From NCBI RefSeq assembly GCF_003918875.1, contig NW_025767035.1, positions 2,666,001-2,730,000 of the forward strand: 64,000 nt of DNA. Reading direction: 5' to 3'. The notes below the pieces were generated by a model. It was not told the origin of the DNA. It worked only from the letters and a program-made list of their open reading frames with translations, and did no database searches. This document shows, piece by piece, positions 36,942 through 49,711 of the stretch. The DNA is from Haliotis rubra (taxonomy: Eukaryota). The position numbers and the translations under genes were made by a program. Within the stretch, counting starts at the first letter, position 1. The number at the start of each line of letters is the position of its first letter.

Positions 36942-37842
36942 TAGAGTCTTGTCAGTTTCCATGACACTCTCGACATATTCTGAGCCGCACCATGGATGAA
37001 CCACAAACGTGGAGAAGATGGTAAAAAGAAATAGCCTAGCCATCTTGTCGCTTACGCTACTGTGTTTGTGCCAACGATGGTCATCCAATGAAACCGTGTT
37101 TGGCAGTCCCGTTGAATTCATTGCGTAAGCTATATTTCATATTTACATCTTGATGCAAAATCAGACATTGACGTCACGAGCGGGAAACGACTGGTTCTTG
37201 GCAGCAAACAGAAGCATTCTATTTCACCTACAAGACCAACCGACTCCATCCAATCTTCTTCTCAACACGCCCCACATAAACTATGTGTTGCAGTCGTTAA
37301 GAGAGCTTTCCCTTAAAAAGACTGAGCCTGTATTGATTTCGTATGCCCCACCGCTTGGTTGACAATCGTTTTTGTACTGTCCAGTAACACTGAACCATCC
37401 ACAAAATTAACACTGACATTTTGTTCAACATCCTTGGCTCGTTCTAAATTACTTGAGTATTGACATGCCTCACACGGACTATCAGACAAGTATGCACGTG
37501 CAAAAGGTGCACAATATAATTCTGTCATGAAAAGCCACGTTAATAAAACAACGCCACCACACTCCCTCCCCATTAGAATTGATACATTGAAAATGGTGAT
37601 GGTGGAAGCAAGATTCTTCATGAGTGTATCAGTGCTCTTGTTTCTTCCAACCAACAACAGATGTAAGAAGGGACGGGCACAGCAAACGTTTTTGTGGCTT
37701 TATTATTATGCTAGTACAGGGAAACCTGCCAACACCGGCACCTGTCTATTCCGGCACACCGTCAAAACTGGCATGGGTACGAGCAGTCTGTATTTGTATA
37801 GAGCCAATATCCAGCTCAGCTCCTCAAAGGCGCTTTGTTTGA

Positions 37843-38022
37843 TTTTTATTGCGAGCTTTCAGCTCTGAACTCTAGATTTTCTTAAGTCTACATTTGTATT
37901 CTTCCCGAAGTGTGTACTTCATATGGACAACCTGGAGTTTACCTGCACCCTTAAGTGGGTATAGGTCTGACCTTCCTCGAGATGGTCAGTAACTCTTCCC
38001 CAAGTAAATTGATTGATCCTCT
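37843..38022 (-). mobile_element. Second R4/Dong-like fragment (RT C-terminal part)
   Basis: Translates with frameshifts to DHLEEGQTYTHL...MKYTLREEYKCRLKKI*SSELKARNK. Nucleotide similarity to 39790-39850. Confidence 0.7.
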
Positions 38023-38029
38023 TCTTCTC

Positions 38030-38122
38030 ATTTTTGTTGTTGTTGTTGATGATGATGATGATGATGATGATGTTGATGTTACTATTGTTATTATCTTTGT
38101 ATTATAATTATTATTATCATTA
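38030..38122. repeat. Compound (TTG)/(GAT)/(TTA) microsatellite
   Basis: Seen directly. Confidence 0.9.
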
Positions 38123-38739
38123 GATTGGACAAACTGATAGCCTGGCCACACATTTTGACCATCTAATCCCCTGGGTGACAAATTGTAGATTCTGGAGACT
38201 AGCTGAGCACTTGAAAGGTAAAATTACTTATCATGGCCAAACTGTCAACCCAATTATTTTGATTAAATAGGTCATGTTCTATCATGTGGTGGCTTTTTAG
38301 ACAAGCCGGAAGGAAGACATTTCCGTCAAAGAAAGGCTCAGAATAGTAATTCACACCTCTTTGCCTGATGTTGTCTGAAGACAGTGTTCTGGTACAACTC
38401 GGAGACAGCTGTCACAACTTGGGGGGAAATGGTATTCACAGACCAGCTCAGACGGAATAAAGGAAATATGTTTCCGGAAAAGCACTCATCTTTGTGCTAT
38501 AGTGAACCCACGAGTAAGCTGTAACTATATTGTGATAATGAAGAGACTAGTTTGGATGACATCCGAACACAGAAACTGAGAAATATTTAAACCAACTGTG
38601 CCCCATCCACTGGACGTTTTGTTAGGAACAAAGAAGTAAACAAGATCATAACTAACGTCGTGTGGGAACTGAACAGATAGTAACACATAGTTTGGTAAAT
38701 TCGTGACACGGATATGATGAAGATGTTGATCATTATTAT

Positions 38740-39868
38740 GTTTTACAGATTAAAAATAGTATGCAGCAGAGAGGGGTACAGGTGATCCTGGCACAGTCAG
38801 GCTGGTAAGGCTCATCATCAGCTCAGGGCCCTCGCCCCCTCTACACGCAGCCCAGACAGCGAATGGGACTTCTCCTAGGGAACACTGCCTAGTCGAACCC
38901 ACCAAGAACTTTCCGGAGAATATGAAAGCTCCCCAACACTGCAGCCTTCTGCGTTACCAAGATTGTTAGAAGGGCTGTGCTCCCGATGGAGAACCCGGAC
39001 ACTCTCCTGATCTGTGCCAAGAGATCAGCAGGTACCAAACCAAGGGCACCGAGAACAATGGGGAGCCTGACGATAGTATACATGGGATGCCACAGGCATG
39101 GCAAAGGCGGCAGTAGAAGCAACGAGCCATGCCATGATGTCTTTTAAGATATAATGTTTGTACCAAGAAAGGACATCCACCTGAGAAGGTGTTGGACAGT
39201 CTCTGTAAATTTATTGCACAATCGACGTTTCATGCAAATATGTTCTTTAAAACTCACACTTTGGAGATTGCGAGTAGGAAGTGACTGGTCTTGGGCAGCA
39301 AAAAGGAAGCTCTCTGTTTCAGAGAAGGAGTCTGCTGGGTTGCTATTCTGTTCCACACACTGTATCTACACACGATGTAATGGTTCCTCAGAAAGCTTCT
39401 CCACATTTGACCGACTCTGGTTAGACTTGGTGAAGAACTTTACCTGGTTTACTTCCATCGCTGTACATCGCCATCAACAAAATCCACCTCAAATTCCAGA
39501 TTGTTTCTAACAACCTTGATATGCATCACCAGAGGGTCATCCCATAAATAAATATGTACAAAAGTACACAATAGAATTCTACCATGAAGAACCTTCACAT
39601 TAATCAAACCCCGACCTCCCGAATTGATTGGCATATATAAACGATTCAGAGAGAAACGAGGGTGGTGGGCTCTGTTATCAGAAATAATCCTTCTGGTCAG
39701 GCGGCCAAGACTCTTGATGTCATCTTTTGTCCTATCAACTACTCCAAAAGAATAGGAAAGGACTGGCACAGCAAAAGTATTGGTGACTTTGACCTTGTTT
39801 CGAGCATTCAGCTCTGAGCTCCAGATTTTCTTGAAGCGAGTTTATACTCGGTCCGAAGCTTTCCTTGA
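38740..39868 (-). mobile_element. 5'-truncated R4/Dong-clade (RLE-type) non-LTR retrotransposon
   Basis: Motifs KKIWSSELNARNKV, AVPVLSYSFG, AHHPR..NRLYMP..GGRGL, ETESFLFAAQDQSL, RLC..TETVQHL, YLKRH, LPIVLGALG, QKAAVLGSFHILRKVL*. ATTATTAT direct repeats at 38732-38739 and 39869-39876. Confidence 0.85.
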
Positions 39869-39895
39869 ATTATTATAAATGTTATTTTTAATTAC

Positions 39896-40021
39896 AGTGA
39901 ATGAGTTTAGTTATACGCCGTTTTTAGCAATATTCCAGTAATAGCAATGCTAGGGGAAGCCAGAAATGGGCTTCAGACATTGTACCCATGTGAGGAATCG
40001 AACTTGGGTCTTCTGCGTGAC
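39896..40021 (-). mobile_element. SINE family A, degenerate and truncated
   Basis: Family match. Confidence 0.8.
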
Positions 40022-40059
40022 AAGATAACACGATACTGTTATATACAAAAGAAATATAT

Positions 40060-40071
40060 AATAGTAGTACT

Positions 40072-40103
<32 letters not shown>

Positions 40104-40212
40104 CAGTAGTAGTAGCAGTAGTAGTAGTAGTAGTAGCAGTAATGTTATAATGACTACTATGAACAACAACAAAGACAACAGTGACGACGGCGACGACGAC
40201 CAGCATTATCAT
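40060..40212. repeat. Compound (AGC)/(AGT)/(AAC)/(GAC) microsatellite
   Basis: Seen directly. Confidence 0.9.
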
Positions 40213-41354
40213 CAGCGACGTGAAGAACGCAGGAATAGTCACTGCACCAGGATAAAAACACCAAGATTTGCCAGGCAGGTGTTTGACGAGTGCGATTGCC
40301 AACACAGATAACACTGAAATACCTCAGTTACTGAGGATAAATTAAGATTATTGGCGGTTAATGATCATTACACCCGAAAATACATCAGTTGCTAACGGTA
40401 AATGAAGATTACAATCCGAAATAGCTCCGTTACTGAAAGTTAAAGAAAATTACAAACATAAAAACCTCAGTGAATGTGTCGCATCTTGCTCACTGGTAAA
40501 TGTTAAACATCAGCGCCTTAGAATAAACGGTCTCTCTTATCTGACAACAGGTATGGATAGATCACAGGAGATGGAGCCAGCTTTAGAAGCGGGCCGTCAT
40601 TCCACCGTGTTGGAAGCGACACTGCATTGTCTTTACAATGTATCATGGGACACACAGACTCATCTCAGCGAGACAGTCTTCTTGAAATGGCGTGAGATAT
40701 TATATTATTCATATAAACACTACATTACAGTGCTGTGGTTTTTTAAGACGTGAACATTATTTGTCATTGGTGTAACATTATGAGTCCTGCTTCACCAAAA
40801 CGTGTATCTTTTTATCCCACAGTGATCCGATGTTGTTTTCCCACTTTTTCCTAGGAAATCCCACATCTTAAAGGATTTTTATACTTCCTGCTAAACCGAC
40901 CTTCCTCTGAGATAGTTTTCAAAATTGACAATTAGGTTTAATGATATTTCCGTATTCTTAAGCTAAGCATGCTAAAAAACAGTAGTTGATAAAGAAGTGT
41001 GTGACGTCATTTCTCAATCCCCGGATGTACGTATTTCGATGCCCAGACTCAGAGGTAGCTGAACACACCTAAGCTGTTATGGCTAACGAGGAAGCGTTAG
41101 GAAATACATGTATTCACCATAATCTCATTGTAAGTGCATTTACGTCTAGCGCTGTTACGGCTATTCGAGTACGAGTTGTATTCAACAACTCAAGTGTTTT
41201 GGAGAGTTATCTCCCATGTTCGTTATAAATATCGCTTTCTTGGCGTCGAGCGCGGATAAAAGTTTTTTCACTGTTGAGTCGCCTTTCCTGGAACAGTCAC
41301 AAAATATAACCTGACTGTAGAGTTCATTATGATATACCTTCTCACTCTGTAATT

Positions 41355-41405
41355 CTCAATGTGTAACCTGGGCCTATGGCCTATATCACTTTTCTAAAAT
41401 AAACC
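41355..41405 (+). mobile_element. Short 3'-end remnant of the same RTE-X-like family
   Basis: TGTA.CCTGGGCCTATGGCCT shared with ~36883-36903, followed by AATAAA. Confidence 0.5.
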
Positions 41406-42163
41406 ACTAGTAGAGTTTGCTGAATTCATCTCGTTTTAAAGAACGGCTTAATCTCGACCGGGTTATTCTGCCTTGCGCTCAGCAATATGCAAAAAATGGT
41501 TAAAACTAATGATTAACAGGAACGTTTTTTATATATAGACAATTTCCTTATAGCATCTACGCCGAAACATCGCACTATTTTTTATGGATAGACAACTTCC
41601 TTATTGCAAAGGATGCAAGATTAGCATCGCGTGGCCTGATATTATTAGCAGCAACACCGAAACGTCGACTCGACTGCAGTAGAGAAGTTGTCTATCCATC
41701 TATTGCTGTATATCTTAGCAGCTTCTAAATGCCACTCAAAGAAGTAATAACAAGTGATAGTTTCTCAGCTGGTCACGTGACTGTTTCAGGTTTTTCACAA
41801 TGGTGTATAGTCTCACTGGTCACCCGGGATAGCACATCTGACAACTATTTGCATGATGTCCACCATTCTTTTGAAAGTAATTTAGTTAGACAACAGAGAG
41901 CAATCAATCAACGCATTGGCGGTTAATCTTTGAACTTTAGGTAGACACTTTACGACAAAGTGTATTCAGTTTACGTTATTAAATCTACATACATAAACAC
42001 TACCTTTTGACAAATCCGATAAAAGCAGACAATCAATCAGCGCGTTATCGGTTAATCCTTTTATCGACGTTTATTTTTTTGTAACTCAGCTGATAATTCC
42101 ACTTGCTGCATTATATGCACATATTACACAGCATGTATACTATAACACATACATTTGGCCACA

Positions 42164-42225
42164 TCAGACCGCCGCCATATAGCTGGAATATTGCTGAGTG
42201 TGGCGTAAAACTAAACTCACTCACT
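42164..42225 (+). mobile_element. SINE family B, 3' tail only
   Basis: CAGACCGCCGCCATATAGCTGGAATATTGCTGAGTG...ACTCACTCAC. Confidence 0.8.
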
Positions 42226-44191
42226 GACCTTAATTTATAACGATGAGTTTTTACTCCAGACACGAGAAATGCCAAATGGGAACCTTTGTCGGGTAATCTG
42301 AGTGGTGTTACCACTAGTTATACCTATTATAAATTCATCAAGTGAATGATGACAAATAACATGTGTAGGTTAAAACCACCAAGCACGGGTTACAGCAAGG
42401 GAGTAGTAGTCGCTGTATTGTATGCAGTTTTAATTGCCTAAAAAAAACTTACAGGAAGACATCGTGACGGTTTTCAGCATACGAACGGAACTTCATTTTT
42501 GCAAAAGAAATACACATAAGCACTTGCTGTGTACTAAAGTTAAAAACTGTATCTACCTATTTACCTAATTAAATTTTCAGATTTGCCTAGTAATGGCAAA
42601 GTGAGGTTGATTTAGTTTGCTGATTCAAATAAATCAAATATGTTTTTAGTATCATAGGTCAATAGACATCAAGTTTTTACATGACATGATTAATATCGAG
42701 GTCGAAAAACATAGAAATATTATCAAATTGGATCAGTCACTATACCATCCAGGCATTTGACAATCCCAAAAAGCCTACACAGCTGGGATACTTTATTACA
42801 ATAAGACAGGAACTACCGGGGATACGTTAAAATAACGGCATCTGATGGACATCCACCGTTCTTATTGTCACATTGTGTATGTTGAAGAAATAGGTCCGTC
42901 ACGGTCGAGGGAGCAGGGACTGACCACCTGGCAGCTAGGCGATTGTTGGCGCTAAACATTAATCGCTCTGGAACAGTGCCCCATTAAGGAATCAAACAAG
43001 GGCTGGCCGGCTTGGAGTTAACTGTGGCAGTGGATCTCTGTTGGCTAGCACCTCAAAGTGGCATTGTTGCGGGGTAGACCAAACTCCCGCACACACGCAT
43101 ACACACACACACGTGCATATACCTAAAATAATCTTAAGCGCGTCTTAAACCCCATTTTCACCAAACCTTACTTTCTTTGTCAAATGAATATATTGCATGC
43201 CTCAGTTTACAGGTCGATGGCCATTGGAAATGACGAAGTTATTTGTGGGCGAATACACGAGAATTCTTCCGCTTCTTACGAACAGGATTATATATGATGT
43301 CTCCGTGATTTACCCAATCAAAATATCTATTTCTCAGCTCTGCGGTAGTATCAACGACGGACTTTGAACTGGTTACGTTCACGTGCCCATGACACAACGA
43401 CGAGGGCTGACAAAGAACATGTTGTATATGGTATAGCCCCCGTAAGTAGATCACGGCACTTCGCGCGACCTTAGTACTTCCGATGACAAACAACGTTTGA
43501 TACCCTTTCGAATGATCTCATGGTTCCCAGATGACCGCAAAGAACCGATAATCCTTGCGGGAATAGCACATTTCCGATCTAACCATCCCCAAATTAGCCA
43601 ACTATCACGACTGTCAACGGCTTTGACAGCCAAGCATGGTTGTACACTTGGTTCGGTCAAGAAAAGTCATATTTGACGGACGCGCAATTTGGAACCAAAA
43701 CCGGTTCTTGAATATACGCTTGTCGCCGGAAATCTGGTACCGGAAGTAAGCTGGCCCGTCTCGCATACCTTAAGTTGGCGCCTGCAAAGGGAGCCGGTAA
43801 CCAGCTCAGTACCGGAAGTAGGCCTCGCGAGACTTACAGGCCCCATTGTCAATTACCATCTGACCATTCGGAGGTCCTCGTGTTATCCTTGGGTGACGCC
43901 TGGGTGTAGAATATGCGCCCTATTTCGTCGCATTCCGTACATTTCTACGAAAAGTCGTCTTCCAGATGACCGAACAACGCGGTTGGTTGTTAAGAACCAG
44001 TCAACAGAGGGCGCTTTAATATTTGGCAGAATAAGTTGAACGTGGGGCTGGATGTTTCTTGTCAGATCCCCCAGAGCTACTTATTGGGTATAACGCATCG
44101 CACGTTTCCTTGTGGAACAACAGTAATTACCTTACGGTAGAGAGGAACATATGGCACCGGACAGTTCAATATTTAAAAGCCCTCCATTAAA

Positions 44192-45071
44192 GAGAGTAAT
44201 ACATCATTAGAGGGAAAAAAGGGAATAATACATCATTAAAGGGAATAAAGGGAATAATACATCATTAAAGAGAATAATACATCATTAAAGAGAATAATAC
44301 ATCATTAAAGGGAATAATACATCATTAAAGAGAATAATACATCATTAAAGGGAATAATACATCATTAAAGAGAATAATACATCATTAAAGGGAATAATGC
44401 ATCATTAAAGAGAATAATACATCATTAAAGAGAATAATACATCATTAAAGAGAATAATACATCATTAAAGGGAATAATACATCATTAAAGGGAATAATAC
44501 ATCATTAAAGGGAATAAAGGGAATAATACATCATTAAAGAGAATAATACATCATTAAAGAGAATAATACATCATTAAAGGGAATAATACATCATTAAAGA
44601 GAATAATACATCATTAAAGGGAATAATACATCATTAAAGAGAATAATACATCATTAAAGGGAATAATGCATCATTAAAGAGAATAATACATCATTAAAGA
44701 GAATAATACATCATTAAAGAGAATAATACATCATTAAAGGGAATAATACATCATTAAAGAGAATAATACATCATTAAAGGGAATAATACATGATTAAAGA
44801 GAATAATACATCATTAAAGGGAATAATGCATCATTAAAGAGAATAATGCATCATTAAAGAGAATAATACATCATTAAAGGGAATAGTGCATCATTAAAGA
44901 GAATAATACATCATTAAAGAGAATAATACATCATTAAAGAGAATAATGCATCATTAAAGAGAATAATACATCATTAAAGAGAATAATACATCATTAAAGG
45001 GAATAATGCATCATTAAAGAGAATAATACATCATTAAAGAGAATAATACATCATTAAAGAGAATAATGCAG
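44192..45071. repeat. 20-bp minisatellite, ~44 units
   Basis: Unit G(A/G)GAATAAT(A/G)CATCATTAAA. Confidence 0.95.
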
Positions 45072-46748
45072 AAGCATCTTTCTGTAAGCAGCAGAAATTA
45101 ATCTTGGTTTCAAAAGTATATTCTAACCACGCAAAAATCTGGAATCCAGGTATATACTGTCACTGACTTAGCACTATATAAAAGGAAAGGGTTGTAACGA
45201 GGTCAAGGCATCCAGTTTGTTTCAGGACGAATTCAACAATTCCCACTGTGTATACCCCTATAGAATTACATATGCATTTCAAGCCAATAGATTTACCTAC
45301 AAAACGACACATATGTCACATACATCGAAGCCGTACTTTGCGGGTCTTCGGAAGCTCGAAAAATTACAAGCCAAAATCCCTGCTCAGAATATGTACCGCT
45401 AACTTGCCAAATGTCCTGTTTATTGCAATGTGTACACAAACAACTCACACCAACATACGTGAGTCCATTTCACCCACCAGCGCGCTAATCGCCATTCTTT
45501 CCGAGAAACTTACACCTAACTGTCATAATGAGTATACGTACAGTTATTGATGGCAAACTGTGTTATATCTGTGTGTTCGCCACTGACGACCTTGGCCGTC
45601 CACTAACAAGAGATAGCAATCTATAGCTATATGGCTATAAATGAAATATGTCCCATCAATCATTCTTTTTTAAATACGGAGAAAACAGGCTTTTCTGAAA
45701 CCAGGTCAGTTTATTTGAAAAAGAAGAACAGCTTAGAAGGTCATACACTATAGAGTGTCACTTGATCACTGAAGTTAATATACATCTCCGATGGCCTTGA
45801 TCTTACCTAAAAGAGGTCAAAATAGAAAGAGACCCATACCCCCGACACTTGAACTGGTTAAGTATATACATTAAATTCAATTCTTTAGACAAAAATGTGT
45901 CCTTATTAGTTTAGTTCAGTCTAATGTGTTCGGCTTCCCTATGGAACTTCACGGACGAGTCATATTTTATTGCCACATTGCACCAATGGTGGAAGCCATG
46001 GCCAAAGCTTGGACTGGCGTCTCGAACGGACATCCTAATACCCTGACATCAGTCAGACCGAAATGTATTGTAATGTCAGCGAACGATAATACAAGATAGG
46101 ATGACTAAAGATACATATAATGTGGTATCAATATATTTGGGCTTGGCACCGATCTGTAAAGCGTTACTATTCGCTGTGCAGCGTTGCAACCCTTAAGTGG
46201 TACATGGATTTATGATCGTGGGTCTGAACCCAAGATCACCCTATCCCTGATAATGTTTCTTAGTTTATCAGATAGTGGGTTTTACCAAAATATCAACTGT
46301 TGCTTAAGGCGCTCATTATAAGGTCGACTGACACAACACGAAATAACTGAAAAAAAATGTTTAAAAATGAATGGGTATCGTAAGGAACTTTTGCTATCAG
46401 TAGTATGTGAGCATGTTGAGCAACTGAAACATCTAATTTGAGAATTATATACACCAAATTCAAGCGCTCTACTATTTGGTCAAGATGGACATCTTCTTGA
46501 ACAGTAGGCTAAGGACTCCCACACATCACGCTCAGTGTTACCCTGTATGACCATAGTATCTTTCAAAACTCTCATCTGTCTTAGTTTAAAATCTATAAAA
46601 ATAAACTAGATTCAGATATATCTGTTGAGTCCTTAAATCTACAGTTGGTTCAAGAGTATTAAAATTTATGAGCGGGTGGAGCTTATGCGGCCACGGAAAC
46701 ATTCTTCGTTCCGACTTCATGTCACTCGAATTGTGTACACTCCTAGTA

Positions 46749-46995
46749 GTGAGTGAGTAAGTGAGTTATTTTTACGCCGCACGCAGCAATATTCCAGCTA
46801 TATGGCGGCGGTCTGTAAATAATCGAGTCTGGACCAGACAATCCAGTGTTCAACAGCATGAACATCGATCTGCGCAATTGGGAACCGATGACATGTGTCA
46901 ACCACGTCAGCGAGCCTGACCACCCAATCCCGTTAGTCGCCTCTTACGACAAGCATGGGTTAATGAAGGTTCATTCTAACCCGGACCTTCCTGGC
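46749..46995 (-). mobile_element. SINE family B
   Basis: Full-length family match. Confidence 0.9.
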
Positions 46996-48843
46996 TTGTT
47001 TTTAACTCCACCGAGACATTCATGTCCTGAAAACACGTACCACAATTGGTTTCCCCATCTAGAACGGTTAGGCCTACTGAGAAAATCTGTTCTCATTGAT
47101 GATAACGTGCACGACAAGGGCCATAACTCTGTAACACATTGTAACACGGTTTCAGTTTTCGAACTCCATCAAGACATTCAAGTCAAAAAACACATTCCAA
47201 ATTTGGCTTCCCTATCTATAACGGATTTTGAGAAACTCTGTCCCCATCATCTCGAACGGACGGAGATCAAACCTATATCCCCCTCTCACTTCGTGGCGGG
47301 GGATAATAAATACTATGGTGGGGATACGTTTAAGGTCACGTGAGACACAATTTAATGTCTTTTTATGATGAATGCTTATTCGGGTTGGGTGATCTGAGGC
47401 TAGAACGGTACTTATGTATGTGGCGGTACTCGTGGACAAAGTCATTTTCTTCCCTCTCTTCACATTGGTAACTAGCGAGTGACTTAATTATAACAACTGT
47501 AAGGCGACTTCCCTGTAACTCGATTCATCACTAGCCTCAGCCATGAGAGAGAAAACAGCTGACGACGTGGAGGAGAATGTCGATAAGGGAGACGCTCCTT
47601 TGATGTGTTGTAGGGGAAATATAATCACCGCTCCTTCATGTGACCAAGAGCAACTCTGGCTCCAATTAAGTGTATTATTGATCTCATACCGTTTGTTTCA
47701 ACGACTCGACAGATCAACTGATTGCGCACGTAGGATTTCGGTCTAATTCCGAGGAAAGCACGTGGACTGCATGCATTTCATGACCGTTGCTGATAACACC
47801 TGTCAAACGCCCATCAAGCGTGGGTTACGGATTATTGGTTAACCTGAATGCCCAAGCGGTACAGAGGCCCAAGTGAGTTATATCTGCTACGCACAACTGA
47901 TCGGGAACTCGCTTTGACGTCAAATAGAAAACCCACATATTTGACTAAATATAGCCCTGTGATATGTTTACTTCCTTTCCTACGTCCATTGCGATGTCTC
48001 TTCAGAAATCTATGTATTTGCTTTTAATTGTTTTACCCAAGGGTAGGCGTTCCCATCCGGCCTATTTATTCTCATAGGCGTCATGAACTGATACTTTTTG
48101 TTCAGCTTATTATTTGTAAATTGATTTAGTTGTTTACTGACGCCTGATGATAGCGTTTAGGAGTTTGCCTTCAGCAGAATGAAATAATATCTGCCACAAT
48201 TGATCACTCGTGCATTTAATGCCAACGGTTATGTAGGCGAATGGACACAACGTATAGAATATAATTAACTCGTACATTTCAATACAAAACATACTGATCA
48301 GCTTGTGGGGGTTATTATTTCATGGTAACAATAAGGGGACTTTTGTTTACAAACGAATAAGTCTTACACGTGTTTATTTCCTTCTTGAAAAGAAATGTAG
48401 CAGTCTTGTGGAGTGGACAGCGGTTCACGGATAGAAGCAGGAAGGCGGTAGATGTGTTCTTTGGACTTAAAACCCTACGGTATGATGTTTCATTTAGCAA
48501 ATTACTGGTGCAAATTACAGAGGATTCCGTCTCTTCTTTTCATATTACATACAAATGACTACACTCGCTGTTTTCAACAAATACAAATTTAATAACTGTA
48601 CTTGAAATTTTATCAATTTTGTTGTATTGGGTCCTCTCGTGTACATTCTTAATTATTAACTGAAGTACAATGGAAACATTGAAACATTGAATAAACTGTT
48701 CTCTAGTAGCACCAACTCTTCATGCATCAAAGAGAAGATTGTATTGCACAAGAGACTAATGAAAACTGGCTACTGCGTGGTCATTAAGTATCTCCAGTGG
48801 AACTCCAACACAAACCCACGATGTCGCCTTCAGGTTATGATGA

Positions 48844-49009
48844 GTGAGTGAGTGAGTTTGGTTTTACGCCGCTTTTAGCAAAATTCCAGCACTATCAGCG
48901 CGGGGGACACCAGAAATGAGCTTCACACAGTGTACCCATGTGGGGATTCAAACCCGGGTCTTCGGCGTGACGAGCCAACGCTTTAACCACTAGGCTACCC
49001 CACCGCCCC
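48844..49009 (-). mobile_element. SINE family A
   Basis: Full length, (ACTC)n tail, TTATGATGA flanking repeat. Confidence 0.9.
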
Positions 49010-49539
49010 TGATTTATGATGAAGTGAAATAGACCACCTGAGTTGAGGTAAACCATCACCTGCTCACTAAGGAGAATGTAGATAAAATACATAGTATTAT
49101 TATGAATATTGCATACCATCAGTCGGCATCTCTCTTGAGAGAGTTGAGAACCATTCTGAGGAAGGTACTGGACATGATAAACTTTTCAGTCCGCTGGGAT
49201 CCAAGACGTGTGACTCTAGATCAGAAACGCTCCAGGTTCATTATCTCTCGTTTGAATTCACGTCGTTATACGGCATATATCGCTGACACTTGTTGAGCAA
49301 TTTGTAAATTTGTAAGTTCGAGTTCAGCATTATCATCTAGACATTAAATACAAGACACAGAAGTGGAAATATTTCTACGTTTCCTGTTTCCTTCTCTTGG
49401 CATGATCTTACTGATCGACTACATCCTAAAAACAGACACAGCGCTGTTAAGTTAGCAATTGATGACAATTCTGGTACGACATGCTGTTGGGGCATCATTT
49501 GATGACAATTCTGGCAATATCTCTCTTCAAATAGATAAA

Positions 49540-49711
49540 GGGGCGGTGGGGTAGTCTAGTGGTTAAAGCGTTCGCTCGTCACGCCAAAGACCCGGGTTCG
49601 AATCCCCACATGGGTACAATGAGTGAAGCCCATTTCTGGTGTCCCCCGCCGTGATATTGCTGGAATATTGCTAAAAGCGGCGTAAAACCAAACTCAGTCA
49701 GTCAGTCAGTC
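49540..49711 (+). mobile_element. SINE family A, near-consensus copy
   Basis: Full length, TSD CAAATAGATAAA. Confidence 0.9.

Noticed and set aside
37313-37657. CEACQ-containing ORF as an integrase zinc finger
   Set aside because: No HH pair or DDE core recognisable.
39924-40314. Poly-Leu/Ala/Thr ORFs
   Set aside because: Trinucleotide microsatellite translations.
49540-49615. tRNA-Asp genes
   Set aside because: The tRNA-like heads lack a proper acceptor stem and continue into the SINE body, tail and TSD.
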